Source: Alphaproteobacteria bacterium
GTDB taxonomy: Bacteria > Pseudomonadota > Alphaproteobacteria > JAVJVX01
DNA: 64,000 nucleotides
Reading direction: 5' to 3'
NCBI GenBank assembly: GCA_040220875.1
Contig: JAVJVX010000006.1
Location: forward strand, 396,174 to 460,173
The notes beneath the pieces were generated by a model. It searched no databases. It was not told the DNA's origin and saw nothing but the letters and a program-made list of their open reading frames with translations. Positions 8,578-23,860 of this stretch are shown here, piece by piece; the stretch's first letter is position 1; every line of letters starts with the position of its first letter. The position numbers and the translations under genes were made by a program.

Positions 8578-9213
8578 ATGAACAAGAAACCACTTGTCCT
8601 GTCGTCGCTGGCGCTCCTGACGGCCCTCGCCGTCGGCGCCTGGTTCTACACCTATGTCCGAACGCATACGCCGGCACCGGACCAGACCGCGCCGGAGGTG
8701 ACAATCGGCGGCCCGTTTACGCTGACGGACGAAACCGGCGAGAAATTCTCGAGCGCCGAGCTCACCGGGAAATACTGGCTGGTCTATTTCGGCTTCACCT
8801 TCTGCCCCGATATCTGCCCGATGACACTGCAGACGATGACCCAGGCGCTTTTCGCGCTGGAAGAGCGCCGGCCCCAACTGGCGGTGCAAACGGTGCCGGT
8901 CTTCATCACCATCGACCCGGAGCGCGATGATGTGGCCGAGATGAGGGCTTACGCGAGCCACTTCCATCCACGCCTCAAGGCGCTCACGGGAACCCCGGCA
9001 GAAATCCGGGACGTGGCCCGCGCGTTCAAGATCTATTACGCCAAGGCTGATCCCGAAGGCGGCGCCTATGAGCCCGGGCTGACGGATTACGTGATGGATC
9101 ACAGTTCGGCCGTTTATCTGATGGGGCCCGATGGCGAGTTCCAGAGCTTTTTCAGCCACACCGCCACCGCGGAAGAGATCGCGGCCGGGATCGAGACTGC
9201 GGCCGGCGGGTGA
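8578..9213 (+). CDS. SCO1/SenC family copper chaperone (thioredoxin-fold)
   Basis: Internal ATG (MNKKPLVLSSLALL) preceded by a GGAGA RBS. Single TM anchor, then FGFTFCPDICP (CxxxC copper site) and a conserved His further downstream. Confidence 0.85.
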   Translation: MNKKPLVLSSLALLTALAVGAWFYTYVRTHTPAPDQTAPEVTIGGPFTLTDETGEKFSSAELTGKYWLVYFGFTFCPDICPMTLQTMTQALFALEERRPQLAVQTVPVFITIDPERDDVAEMRAYASHFHPRLKALTGTPAEIRDVARAFKIYYAKADPEGGAYEPGLTDYVMDHSSAVYLMGPDGEFQSFFSHTATAEEIAAGIETAAGG

Positions 9214-9289
9214 GCGGGCCGGCCGTGCCTAGCCGCAGGGCCGTCCCTCCCCTATAAGGACGGGACTCGCGTTTTCCGGGATCTGCTCC

Positions 9290-14305
<5,016 letters not shown>

Positions 14306-14309
<4 letters not shown>

Positions 14310-15427
14310 ACGCGCATCGGCATCAGGACGTAAAGGGCGCCGGGGTCGGACAGGTCACGCACCACCGTGGGCGAGGCCGCGTCGGCCATGGCGAATTGTG
14401 CCCCGTTGGCGTCAATCTGCTGAGCGATATCAAGCAGGTAGCGGGAATTGAATCCGATCTCGATGGCATCCGACTCATAACTCACCTCGAGCTCTTCCGA
14501 GGCCGTACCGTTCTCCGGGCTGGTCGCCGAGATGGTCAGCCCCTTGGGCTGCACCGCCAGCTTCACGGCGCGCGATTTTTCCGTCGAGATGGTCGCTACC
14601 CGATCCACCGCTTCGGCGAACAGCTTGCAATCGAGTTCGAGAATTTTGTCGTTGTCGGGCGGAATGACCCGGTTGTAATCGGGGAAGGTGCCGTCGATCA
14701 GCTTCGAGGTCAGCACCACGTGATCGAAGGCGAAGGAAATCTTGATGTCGGAAAGCGCGACTTCCACCTCGCCGTCGGTGTCCTCGATCAGCTTGCGCAA
14801 TTCGCCCACCGTCTTGCGCGGAATGATAATACCGGGCATGTCGGCCGCGCCGTCGGGCAGCGCGGCATCGACGCGCGCCAGCCGGTGACCGTCGGTCGCC
14901 ACGGCGCGCAGGGCCGGCTTGCCATCCTCCGTCTCGGCCGCATGAAGGTATATGCCGTTGAGGTAATAGCGCGTTTCCTCGGTCGAAATGGCGAAGCGCG
15001 TGCGGTCGATCAGACTGCGCAGATCAGCCGCCGGAATGGTGAATTTATGCGGCAGGTCGCCTGCGCTGAGCGACGGAAAATCCCCCACCGGCAGGCAGGC
15101 GAGACGGAATTTCGAGCGCCCGGCCTGCAGGTGGAGCTGGCCCTTCTCGCCGTCCTGGCTGATCTGGATTTCCGAGCCGTCCGGCAGCTTGCGCACGATA
15201 TCGTAGAGCGTATGGGCCGGTGCCGTCGTGGTCCCGCCCTGGCTCACCTTGGCCGTGGCGGTTTCGACAATCGCGATATCCATATCCGTCGCCGTCAGGC
15301 CGAGACCATCCTCGCCCGCCTCTATGCGCACGTTGGAGAGGATTGGTATCGTGGTCCGGCGCTCGACGACGCTTTGGACATGCGCCAGGGATTTCAGAAG
15401 TTCGGAGCGTTCGATTGTGAGTTTCAT
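14306..15427 (-). CDS. dnaN: DNA polymerase III subunit beta (sliding clamp)
   Basis: MKLTIERSELLKSLAHVQSVVERRTTIPILSNVRIEA. Canonical DnaN across three domains. The internal ATG was chosen as the start. Confidence 0.95.
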
Positions 15428-15738
15428 ATCTGAGAACGTACTTTCAAGAACACACGAGCAAGGGGCGCAGCGGATAGCCCTGGTCACCCGGCCACCGCCC
15501 GCGACGGAGGAACGGCACCCCCGGAACGGCGCCGGCAGGTCGGCCGTTGCAACGGGGGCTGTTGCCGGGCGGCATTATAGCAGAATCTGGCTAAAACCCT
15601 ACGGATTTCAGCCCCCTGAGCCGGCTATAACCTATTGAAATATATTAATGAATCCGGCCCGCCTTTTGCCCTTGCCCGGCGCCGGGACGTGCCGCCCGCC
15701 AGGGCCGCGAAGCGGGCCCCGGAAAGCCGGCGGGCGGG

Positions 15739-17178
15739 TCAGTTTTCGAGCATCCGGCGAAGCAGGTGCACGTCCTCGGCGAAGGAATTGTCGCTTCCCA
15801 CAAGCTCGTCCACCTTGCGCACCGCGTGCATGACGGTGGTGTGGTCGCGCCCGCCGAATTTGCGTCCGATTTCAGGTAGCGAGCGCTGGGTGAGCTGCTT
15901 GCACAGATACATCGCCACCTGGCGCGGGCGGGCCACCGCCCGCGCGCGGCGGGCCGAGTGCATGTCGGAAAGACGGATATTGAAGTGCTCGGCGACGCGT
16001 TTCTGAATCTCCTCGATGGTAATCCGCCGTTCATTCGCCCGCAGCAGGTCGTGCAGCACTTCCTGGGTGTGTTCCAGCGTGACCGGCCGGCCGACGAGCT
16101 GGGCGTGGGCGGCGATGCGGTTAAGCGCGCCCTCGAGCTCGCGCACGTTTGAGGTGATCTTGTGGCCGAGAAATTCGAGCACCTTTTCCGGCACATCGAT
16201 TTTGAGCTCTTCCGCCTTGGCCTGGAGGATGCCCATGCGCAGCTCGTAAGTGGTGGGGTGGATATCGGCGACGAGCCCCCAGCCGAGGCGCGAGCGCAGC
16301 CGCTCCTCCATGCCCTCAAGGTCAGTCGGCGACTTGTCCGCCGAGATCACAACCTGATGGTTCTGATCCACCAGTGCATTGAAAGTATGGAAGAATTCTT
16401 CCTGTGTGGATTCCTTGCCGATGATGAACTGAACGTCGTCGATCATCAGCACGTCCACCTGGCGGAACTGTTCCTTGAACGCCATGGTGTCGCGGAAGCG
16501 CAGCGCGCGGATGAACAGATACATGAATTTTTCGGCCGAAAGATACACCACCCGCCGATTGGGATCGCGCGCCCGGATATGCCAGGCGATGGCATGCATC
16601 AGATGGGTCTTGCCGAGCCCGACGCCGCCATAGAGGAAGAGCGGATTAAACGGCACGACAGGCGACTCGGCGCAGCGCCGGGCCGCGGCAAAGGCCAACT
16701 CGTTGGAATTGCCGACGACAAAATTGGCAAAGGTGAAGCGCGAATCGAGAGGTCCGCCGAAATCGGCATAATTTGCGCCGTCGCCCCGGACTTCGGCTCT
16801 GAAATCCGCCTTGATGCCAGCCTGATGGCGCCCGCCATCGGCGCCCGCCTGACCGCCGGCCAAGACCTGGCCATCGATGGTTTGCGGACCGGCTGCCTGG
16901 GCGGCGATCGTCGCGACGTCGAATTCGATCACCTCGATTTCGGGACGCTCGGCCCGCCACAGCTCCCGGATCCGGTCGCCGTAATGGTCACTCACCCAAT
17001 CGCGAATGAAGCGGGTTGGCGCCGCAAGGTGGATTTCGCCCGCGCCGTCGCCCACCAGGACCAGCGGCTTGAGCCAGCTCCTGTAGGTTTCCTCTCCGAC
17101 TTCCTTGCGGATCACCGCCCGGACGCGAGCCCACTCACCCTGGATATCCCGACCTTCGACAGACTTGACCATCTGCAA
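15739..17178 (-). CDS. dnaA: Chromosomal replication initiator protein DnaA
   Basis: AAA+ Walker A GGVGLGKTHLMHAIA, sensor motifs, and the C-terminal DNA-binding domain (...RSLPEIGRKFGGRDHTTVMHAVRKV). Confidence 0.95.
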   Translation of the reverse strand: MQMVKSVEGRDIQGEWARVRAVIRKEVGEETYRSWLKPLVLVGDGAGEIHLAAPTRFIRDWVSDHYGDRIRELWRAERPEIEVIEFDVATIAAQAAGPQTIDGQVLAGGQAGADGGRHQAGIKADFRAEVRGDGANYADFGGPLDSRFTFANFVVGNSNELAFAAARRCAESPVVPFNPLFLYGGVGLGKTHLMHAIAWHIRARDPNRRVVYLSAEKFMYLFIRALRFRDTMAFKEQFRQVDVLMIDDVQFIIGKESTQEEFFHTFNALVDQNHQVVISADKSPTDLEGMEERLRSRLGWGLVADIHPTTYELRMGILQAKAEELKIDVPEKVLEFLGHKITSNVRELEGALNRIAAHAQLVGRPVTLEHTQEVLHDLLRANERRITIEEIQKRVAEHFNIRLSDMHSARRARAVARPRQVAMYLCKQLTQRSLPEIGRKFGGRDHTTVMHAVRKVDELVGSDNSFAEDVHLLRRMLEN

Positions 17179-17351
17179 CTCTTACAGCCCCCTCAAAACC
17201 CGCCGCCGTCTGAAACCGGCGCGCAGCGTACTTGTCTCAGCTTCCCGGCTTCCCAGCTTCCCGGTCTCCGGCCTGTCCGCGCTGGACGGCCTCTCGGTAT
17301 CCTGTCCAGCCGTGTCTGGCTCCTCGATTCGCGCCTGATATTCCCAAACCG

Positions 17352-17813
17352 TCATTTTTGTATCCAGGGCAGACCGGCGGCTTTCCAGCCAGCGAGCCGT
17401 CCCCGATGGTGCTGATCATCCGGCGGCCCCTCGAAGCCGTCGGAGATGTTGAAGCACTTGGTCAGCCCGGCCGCCGTCAGCGCCTTCGCGGCCGCTTCCG
17501 AGCGCGCTCCGGACCGGCACAGGAAGAGGACCGGCGCATCCCGATCCGGTGCCTGTGCCTTGACCGCGTCAACGAAATTCGGATTGAGATCGCCCGACGG
17601 GAACTGCTGCCACTCGATGAAGGCGGGCTCCTTGCCGATGTCACTCAGCGCCGGCACACCGACCCAGTTCCATTCCGCTCGGGTCCGGACGTCCACGAGA
17701 AGCGCATCCTCATGTTCCTTGAGAATCCGCCAGGCTTCCTGGACTGTCACGTCCCCGGCGTAACTGCCGTCTGAAGCCGCACCGTGGCTCACTCCGCGAT
17801 CCCCCAAAAACAA
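17352..17813 (-). CDS. Single-domain rhodanese-like sulfurtransferase
   Basis: LLVDVRTRAEWNWVG ... PVLFLCRSGARSEAAAKAL ... RGRLAGWKAAGLPW. The active-site Cys lies in the CRSGARS loop. Confidence 0.7.
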   Translation of the reverse strand: MFLGDRGVSHGAASDGSYAGDVTVQEAWRILKEHEDALLVDVRTRAEWNWVGVPALSDIGKEPAFIEWQQFPSGDLNPNFVDAVKAQAPDRDAPVLFLCRSGARSEAAAKALTAAGLTKCFNISDGFEGPPDDQHHRGRLAGWKAAGLPWIQK

Positions 17814-18573
17814 CCGGTCCCAGCCGGGACCACCCCAGAGACAAATGAAGACACGGGCAAATTCCGAGACGACGCCTTTTGGCGAAAAGATTGTTCCCGA
17901 TCAGATCATGGGCGGGTGGCGGGTGGCGGGTGGCAAGTGCCGGTGGCGGGAACGCTTCCGAACGCTTCTGGTGTCTCCGCCCGCGTCCGCTGTCCCTGCC
18001 GTATTTGTTACCGTCGACTTCCCGCCGCAAGCGAACCCGTTGCAAGCGAACCCATCGCAAGCGAGCCCATCAATGTCGGCTCTTTATATTTTTTGCAGTC
18101 CCCAGCTTCGTCTCTCGTGTTCAGTATTTGCGTCTCGTGCGTCCGTGCCCTCAAGCGAGTGTCGAGTCTTCCTGCAGAGGAGTCGAAGTCGCGTCCGACA
18201 TTGGCGAACTCTTAAAAAAGATCGACACCAACTTTCCCTGAATTGCGGTCCTGAAATCCTGGGCGGGATCCTCCCGCCCCCAGATGAGGATCGACAATCT
18301 AAACTCACTCCCCGGGAGGGACAACGCGTTAGACTGCGTTCAGGGGAAAAAAATTTTATCCGAATCGATTCTTCCCGGTTGACATAATCGGACTCATTTT
18401 CAGTACAGCGGGTTAGCGCCGCCGTGAACCGGCGGGCTATTCCGATGTCCCCCGATTAGGAGCGGGATCCGTTCTTCGCGAACGAAAACGACCGCCCGTC
18501 AGGTTGCGGGCGGTCGGTCTGGTGTTTGCGCCGCGAAAGGCAAAAGGCGGCGCGCGTTATCAGGTCTTGAATA
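17814..18573. other. Low-coding, relatively AT-rich region upstream of dnaA that is a candidate oriC. It contains iterated short tandem repeats (7-bp GGGTGGC x3 at about 17914-17934, 9-bp GAACGCTTC x2, and a 15-bp unit x3 at about 18028-18072), a GANTC cluster and a TTATCCGAA DnaA-box-like site.
   Basis: No ORF with protein-like composition was seen. The repeat arrays and the GANTC (CcrM site) density at about 18348-18390 were read from the sequence. The position between rpsT and dnaA is typical for an origin. Confidence 0.35.
18489..18516 (-). terminator. Putative intrinsic terminator downstream of rpsT
   Basis: Perfect 10-bp inverted repeat CGACCGCCCG-N8-CGGGCGGTCG, followed on the minus-strand transcript by UUUUCG. 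It lies about 58 bp past the rpsT stop. Confidence 0.45.
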
Positions 18574-18834
18574 TCAAAGCGCCGCTATGCGCTTGGCCAG
18601 TCGTGAAACGTTGCGGCTGGCCGTGCGCCAATGCAGCACGCCGCGACGAACGCCGCGGGCCAGTTCCGGTTCCGCCGCGCGAAGCGCCGCTGTCGCAGCC
18701 GCCTTGTCGCCGGTTGCGATAGCGGTCTGCACGTTCTTCACGTAGGTACGAATGCGCGTTGTTCGGGCGCGGTTCTCGGCCGTGCGCCGTTCGTCCTGAC
18801 GGATGCGTTTGCGGGCGGATTTGATGTTGGCCAT
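18574..18834 (-). CDS. rpsT: 30S ribosomal protein S20
   Basis: [35 protein letters not shown]... is canonical S20. The internal ATG was chosen as the start. Confidence 0.9.
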   Translation of the reverse strand: MANIKSARKRIRQDERRTAENRARTTRIRTYVKNVQTAIATGDKAAATAALRAAEPELARGVRRGVLHWRTASRNVSRLAKRIAAL

Positions 18835-18987
18835 CTTTGGAAGATCCGAGTCTGCTGGCGTTGAGGCGCGGTTTATAGCCGCCGTGCCCGGCGGCGTCAA
18901 CGGGCGGGATAGCCCCCTGAAAACAGGCGGAAATACGGGCGCTGGCCGGCCGGGCGCGCCCGTGTCGCGGGCTGGCCCGGCGGCCCG

Positions 18988-19773
18988 TCAGCGATGACGG
19001 AAATCCGGCTTTCTCTTTTCCATAAAGGCGCGCATGCCTTCTTTTTGATCTTCGGTCGCAAAAGTTGCGTGGAAAAGACGGCGCTCCAGCCGGATTCCCT
19101 CCGCCAGGGATGTTTCGAACGCGGCATTGACGGCCTCCTTTGCCATCATGACCGACGGCCGCGAAAAGGCGGCGATCTTTCCGGCCAGTCTGACTGCTTC
19201 GTCCACCAGCTCCCCCGACGGCACGATGCGCGCGACCAGCCCGGCCCGTTCGGCCTCCTCGGCCTCCATCATCCGGCCCGTCAGGCAGAGTTCCATCGCC
19301 TTGGATTTGCCGACCGCGCGGGTAAGACGCTGGGTACCCCCGGCGCCAGGCAGAATACCAAGTGTTATTTCGGGCTGTCCGAATTTGGCCGTGTCGCCGG
19401 CGAGAATGAGATCGCACATCATGGCCAGTTCGCATCCGCCTCCAAGCGCGAACCCGGCGACGGCTGCAATGACCGGTTTGCGGCAGCGCGTGATGCGTTC
19501 CCAATCCCTGGTAATGAAATCTTCACCATAAGCTTCGGCAAAGCTCTTGCCGGCCATCTCCTTGATATCGGCCCCGGCGGCAAAGGCCTTCTCGCCGCCC
19601 GTGAGGACGATGGCGCCAATCGCGTCATCCGCTTCGAAAGCGTCGAGCACGGTATTGAGTTCGCCGATCAGCGCGCTGTTGAGCGCGTTCAGCGCCTCCG
19701 GCCGGTTCAGCGTGATCAGGCCGACCCGCTCGCGGGTTTCTACAATCAGAGTTTCGTAAGTGGCTGTCGTCAT
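18988..19773 (-). CDS. Enoyl-CoA hydratase (crotonase family)
   Basis: [14 protein letters not shown] and [21 protein letters not shown] are crotonase-fold signatures. Length is 261 aa. Confidence 0.9.
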   Translation of the reverse strand: MTTATYETLIVETRERVGLITLNRPEALNALNSALIGELNTVLDAFEADDAIGAIVLTGGEKAFAAGADIKEMAGKSFAEAYGEDFITRDWERITRCRKPVIAAVAGFALGGGCELAMMCDLILAGDTAKFGQPEITLGILPGAGGTQRLTRAVGKSKAMELCLTGRMMEAEEAERAGLVARIVPSGELVDEAVRLAGKIAAFSRPSVMMAKEAVNAAFETSLAEGIRLERRLFHATFATEDQKEGMRAFMEKRKPDFRHR

Positions 19774-19903
19774 TTCCGTCTCCGGCTGATGGGCGGCGCG
19801 CCGGACCCCGGCGGTCCGTCACCGCTGCTTTTGCAGTGCAATATTGTGCTTCTGCCTAAGCGCTCGCCGCGCCCAGCGCAAGGCTCGGGTGAGGGGCGAG
19901 CGG

Positions 19904-20311
19904 TCAGCCGCCCTGACCGGCGGCGGGCCCGAGGCGGAAGGACACGGTGGCAAGGCCCTCGCCCGCCTCGACCGTGAGCTCGAGGATCTCATCCTCGCGG
20001 CGAAAGCGCCGGGGCGCCACTTCGCGCCACCCGAGCTGGGGCAGGGTGGTGCGGTAGAATGCGAGAATTTCGGCCGGCTCGATCGGGCCCGCGGCAACGC
20101 CCTGCACGATCCGTCCGGCCGGGCTGTCGAACACCATTCCCGCCTCCGCCACCGGCGACAGGCCCTGCATGAGCGGCAGGTCGTCCACCCCCTCGACGAA
20201 CTCGACGGCCGCGGAAGAGCCGGCCAGCAAGGCAATGGCCAGGGCGGCCGCGAGGGCGAGGGTTGCGGTCAGCGGGGCGGCGGGATACCGGAGCCGGAAA
20301 GGGCGGGTCAT
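19904..20311 (-). CDS. Hypothetical secreted protein (signal peptide plus small domain)
   Basis: MTRPFRLRYPAAPLTATLALAAALAIALLAGSSAA is signal-peptide-like. Codon composition is protein-like, whereas the overlapping plus-strand ORF is an Arg-rich artefact. The start was placed at the internal ATG 11 bp downstream of the mutM stop. Confidence 0.5.
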   Translation of the reverse strand: MTRPFRLRYPAAPLTATLALAAALAIALLAGSSAAVEFVEGVDDLPLMQGLSPVAEAGMVFDSPAGRIVQGVAAGPIEPAEILAFYRTTLPQLGWREVAPRRFRREDEILELTVEAGEGLATVSFRLGPAAGQGG

Positions 20312-20321
20312 GGGAGACAGT

Positions 20322-21176
20322 CTAACGCTGGCGTTCGGCACAATAAAAGGTCGACCGGCCCGACTGAACGATCCGTCGGATCACACGCCCGCACCGACAG
20401 TCCGGGCAGGTCTCCCCGGCCCGGCCATAGACGGCGAAGCGGTGCTGGAAATAGCCCAGTTCGCCCGTCGGGCTCACATGATCGCGCAGCGAGGAGCCAC
20501 CGGCGCCGATCGCCTCGACCAGCACATCGTGAATGGCGCCGGCGAGCCTGTCCGCCCGTTTGCCCTGCACGCTCGCCGCCTGGCGGCGGGGCGAGAGACC
20601 GGCGCGGAACAATGCCTCGCAGACATAGATATTGCCGAGACCGGCGATTACCCGCTGATCGAGCAATGCCGCCTTGATCGGCGTGCGCTTGCCCTTGAGC
20701 CGCGGCGCCAGAATCGCGCCCGAAAGGGTTCGTTCGCCCGCCAGACCGATGGGCTCGGGACCGAGGGCGCGAAAAAAACGGTGCTCGGCGAGGGCCCCCG
20801 GCAGAGCGTAATCCAGCAGGCCGAAGCGGCGCGCATCGTTGAAGCGCCACTCCGTGCCATCATCCATGGTGAAGATGACGTGATCGTGCTTGCCGGGCGG
20901 GGACAGGCGGGCCGCCTCGGCCGGCCCGCTCACGCGCATCCGCCCCGACATGCCGAGATGCGCGATCAGCACCCCGCCATCGTCGAGATGGAGGAGAAGA
21001 TACTTTGCCCGCCGGCCGAAGCGCGCGATGCGCCGCCCGGCCAACGTCTCGCCAAGCCCGGGCGGAAAGGGAAAGCGCAGATCCGCGCGGCGCAACTTCA
21101 CGCAGGCGAAACGCCTGCCCGCGAGGCCGGCTTCGAGGGCAAGACGAACGGTTTCGACTTCGGGCAACTCGGGCAT
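20322..21176 (-). CDS. mutM: Formamidopyrimidine-DNA glycosylase
   Basis: N-terminal MPELPEVE (catalytic Pro2/Glu3), H2TH domain, and C-terminal zinc finger CPDCRCGRVIRRIVQSGRSTFYC. Confidence 0.95.
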   Translation of the reverse strand: MPELPEVETVRLALEAGLAGRRFACVKLRRADLRFPFPPGLGETLAGRRIARFGRRAKYLLLHLDDGGVLIAHLGMSGRMRVSGPAEAARLSPPGKHDHVIFTMDDGTEWRFNDARRFGLLDYALPGALAEHRFFRALGPEPIGLAGERTLSGAILAPRLKGKRTPIKAALLDQRVIAGLGNIYVCEALFRAGLSPRRQAASVQGKRADRLAGAIHDVLVEAIGAGGSSLRDHVSPTGELGYFQHRFAVYGRAGETCPDCRCGRVIRRIVQSGRSTFYCAERQR

Positions 21177-21222
21177 GCGCCGTAACGTAGCCTGAACCCG
21201 AACCCTGCGCTATGGTCCGACC

Positions 21223-22089
21223 ATGACCGAGCCGCCATCCCAAAGCCCGCCCGAACACCCGGCCCGACAGCCGGGCGGACCGGCTTCGCCCGGCATCCTC
21301 GCCGGCGAGGAGGAGGTCGTCGATTTCGGCTTTGCCCGCGTGCCCCGGGCTGCGCGCGACCGGCTGGTCGGCGACGTCTTCCAGCGCGTCGCCAACCGCT
21401 ACGACCTGATGAACGATCTCATGAGCGCAGGGCTGCACCGGCTCTGGAAAAACGCCATGGTCTCCTGGCTGGCGCCGCGCGCGGGACGGCGATATGTCGA
21501 TCTGGCGGGTGGGACGGGCGATATCGCCTTTCGCATCCGGGACCGCATCGCGGAAACCCGCCGCGCCCTTCCGGCCTCTGCCGGGACCGGGACAGAACCG
21601 CCCGTCTGGGTCACCGACATCAATCCCGCCATGCTGGCCCAGGGGCGCGCGCGGGCCGAAAAACGGCTGGACGCAGCGAGCTTCGCCTGGGTGGTCGCCA
21701 GCGCCGAGGACCTCCCCTTTGCCCCCGCCTCGGTCGACGGAATCACCATGGCCTTCGGCCTGCGGAATGTGACACGCATTTCGCGCGCACTCCGCGAGGC
21801 AAGGCGCGTGCTCCGGCCGGGCGGGCGGTTCCTGTGCCTCGAGTTCAGCCGCGTCACCGTGCCGGTCCTGAGTGAGCTGTATGAACGATACTCCTTTGGA
21901 GTCGTGCCCTGGATGGGCGAAATGGTCGCTCATGACCGCGCCGCCTACCAGTATCTGGTGGAAAGCATCCGCCGGTTTCCGGCGCAGGACCGCCTGGCCG
22001 ACATGATGGCCGAGGCCGGGCTCGCACGGGTTTCCTACCGCAACCTGTCGGGCGGGATCGTGGCCATGCATTCCGGCTGGCGGCTCTAG
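21223..22089 (+). CDS. ubiE: Ubiquinone/menaquinone biosynthesis C-methyltransferase UbiE
   Basis: VANRYDLMNDLMSAGLHRLWK and VDLAGGTGDIAF (SAM motif I) form the UbiE signature. Confidence 0.9.
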   Translation: MTEPPSQSPPEHPARQPGGPASPGILAGEEEVVDFGFARVPRAARDRLVGDVFQRVANRYDLMNDLMSAGLHRLWKNAMVSWLAPRAGRRYVDLAGGTGDIAFRIRDRIAETRRALPASAGTGTEPPVWVTDINPAMLAQGRARAEKRLDAASFAWVVASAEDLPFAPASVDGITMAFGLRNVTRISRALREARRVLRPGGRFLCLEFSRVTVPVLSELYERYSFGVVPWMGEMVAHDRAAYQYLVESIRRFPAQDRLADMMAEAGLARVSYRNLSGGIVAMHSGWRL

Positions 22090-22093
22090 GCAC

Positions 22094-23674
22094 ATGTTTG
22101 CGGGCCTTACCCATGCCGTGCGCATCGCCCGGATGGCGGTCACGCTGGCCCGTCACGACGCGCTCTTTCCGCTCACCTTGCTGGGCGCGCCGCGCTGGAT
22201 CGAGCGCACGCTTATCCGGTTGATCCCGCCGCGCGCCGCCCGCGGCCGGCGGCCGGGCCAGCGTCTCGCGGCCGCGCTGCAGGCGCTTGGGCCGAGCTTC
22301 ATCAAGTTCGGCCAGAGCCTGGCCACCCGTTCGGACCTGATCGGCGAGGACGTGGCGCGCGACCTGTCGGAATTGCAGGACAAGCTGCCGCCCTTCGCCT
22401 TCAGCCATGTCCGGGAAATCATCGGGCTCGAACTGGATCATCCGATCGACGAGATCTTCGAATCCTTCGATCACCGCCCCGTGGCCGCCGCCAGCATCGC
22501 GCAGGTTCATTTCGCCGAGCTGAAATCGGGCGAACCGGTCGCCGTCAAGGTGCTGCGCCCCGATATCGCCCGCGCCTTTGCCCGCGACATCGCCTTCTTC
22601 CGCTGGCTGGCCCGGCGGATCGAGCGCTTTCAGCCGGATTACCGCCGCCTCAAGCCGGTTGAGGTGGTGGAAACCTTCGCCCATATGGTCACCCTCGAGA
22701 TGGACCTGCGATATGAGGCGGCCGCGGCTTCGGAGCTGGCCGAGAACTTCGCCGGCGATGCGCGGGTGCACATCCCGAAAATCTACTGGACCCATACCGG
22801 GCACAGCGTGCTGACGCTGGAACGAATCGAGGGGATTGCCGTCGACGAGGTGGAGCGGCTGCGTGCCTCGGGACTGGACCCGCGCGAGGTGCTTACCACC
22901 GCGTCATCGGTTTTTTTCACTCAGGTCTTCCGCGACGGTTTTTTTCATGCCGATCTGCACCCCGGCAATATCTTCATCGAGTCCGACGGCACTTTCGCGC
23001 TGGTCGATTTCGGGATTACCGGCCGGCTCGACCGCGAGACGCGCTATTACCTCGCCGACATGCTGCTCGGCTTTCTCCAGCGTGACTACCGCCGCGTGGC
23101 GGAAGTGCATTTCGAGGCCGGCTATATTCCGGCCGACCAGTCGATCGATGCCTTCACCCAGGCCTGCCGCTCCATTGCCGAGCCTATCCTGGGCCTGCCC
23201 ATGAACCAGATCTCCGTGGCCCGCCTGCTGGGCCAACTGTTCCAGATCACCGAGACGTTCGAGATGGAAGCGCAGCCGCAATTGCTGCTGCTGCAGAAAT
23301 CCATGCTCGTGGCCGAAGGCATCGGCCGCCGGCTCGATCCGTCGGTGAACATGTGGGAATTGACCCGTCCGTTGATCGAGGACTGGATGCGCGCCCATCG
23401 CGGGCCCGAGGCGCGGCTGCGCGATGCGGCCGGAGAGGTCGGGGCCTCCGTGTCGCGGCTGCCCGGCCTTCTTACCGATTTGGAGCGGGCGGTGCGCGAC
23501 ATGATCGCCCATGGTATCCGGCTGCACCCGGAGACGGTAGCGCGGCTGAGAGGGGCTGACGGCGCGAAAGACGGCCGATCCACGCACCGCGCACCGGGCG
23601 GTGGCCTTACCCTCGGCCTGGCGCTCGGCCTCTCGGCGGCGGCGCTGCTCCTCGCCCTGGCGGCGCTGTTCTAG
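22094..23674 (+). CDS. ubiB: Ubiquinone biosynthesis protein kinase-like UbiB (AarF/ABC1 family)
   Basis: ABC1 kinase-like domain (ASIAQVHFAELKSGEPVAVKVLRP, HADLHPGNIF, LVDFGITGRL) plus a C-terminal TM tail. Confidence 0.9.
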   Translation: MFAGLTHAVRIARMAVTLARHDALFPLTLLGAPRWIERTLIRLIPPRAARGRRPGQRLAAALQALGPSFIKFGQSLATRSDLIGEDVARDLSELQDKLPPFAFSHVREIIGLELDHPIDEIFESFDHRPVAAASIAQVHFAELKSGEPVAVKVLRPDIARAFARDIAFFRWLARRIERFQPDYRRLKPVEVVETFAHMVTLEMDLRYEAAAASELAENFAGDARVHIPKIYWTHTGHSVLTLERIEGIAVDEVERLRASGLDPREVLTTASSVFFTQVFRDGFFHADLHPGNIFIESDGTFALVDFGITGRLDRETRYYLADMLLGFLQRDYRRVAEVHFEAGYIPADQSIDAFTQACRSIAEPILGLPMNQISVARLLGQLFQITETFEMEAQPQLLLLQKSMLVAEGIGRRLDPSVNMWELTRPLIEDWMRAHRGPEARLRDAAGEVGASVSRLPGLLTDLERAVRDMIAHGIRLHPETVARLRGADGAKDGRSTHRAPGGGLTLGLALGLSAAALLLALAALF

Positions 23675-23860
23675 GCGCGTCGCCGGGTTCGAGAGCGCCA
23701 CCTCCTTCGGCCACCCACATATATATGTAGCATTCATTATCAACCCCTATATCTGGAATGAAGGGGATGACGACCGCACGCGCGCGGCCGGCGCTTGCAG
23801 AGGACGCGCGCGCTCCCTACAGTCTCGGCGCATTTAACATGCCGAACTTGGAATTTGGGA

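Noticed and set aside
17710-18387. Small ORFs (17710..18060 -, 17784..18215 +, 17845..18387 +, 17879..18241 +) within the dnaA-upstream noncoding region
   Set aside because: They overlap one another in different frames and have low-complexity translations. They also span the tandem-repeat arrays, so the region is better explained as a noncoding origin/promoter region.}
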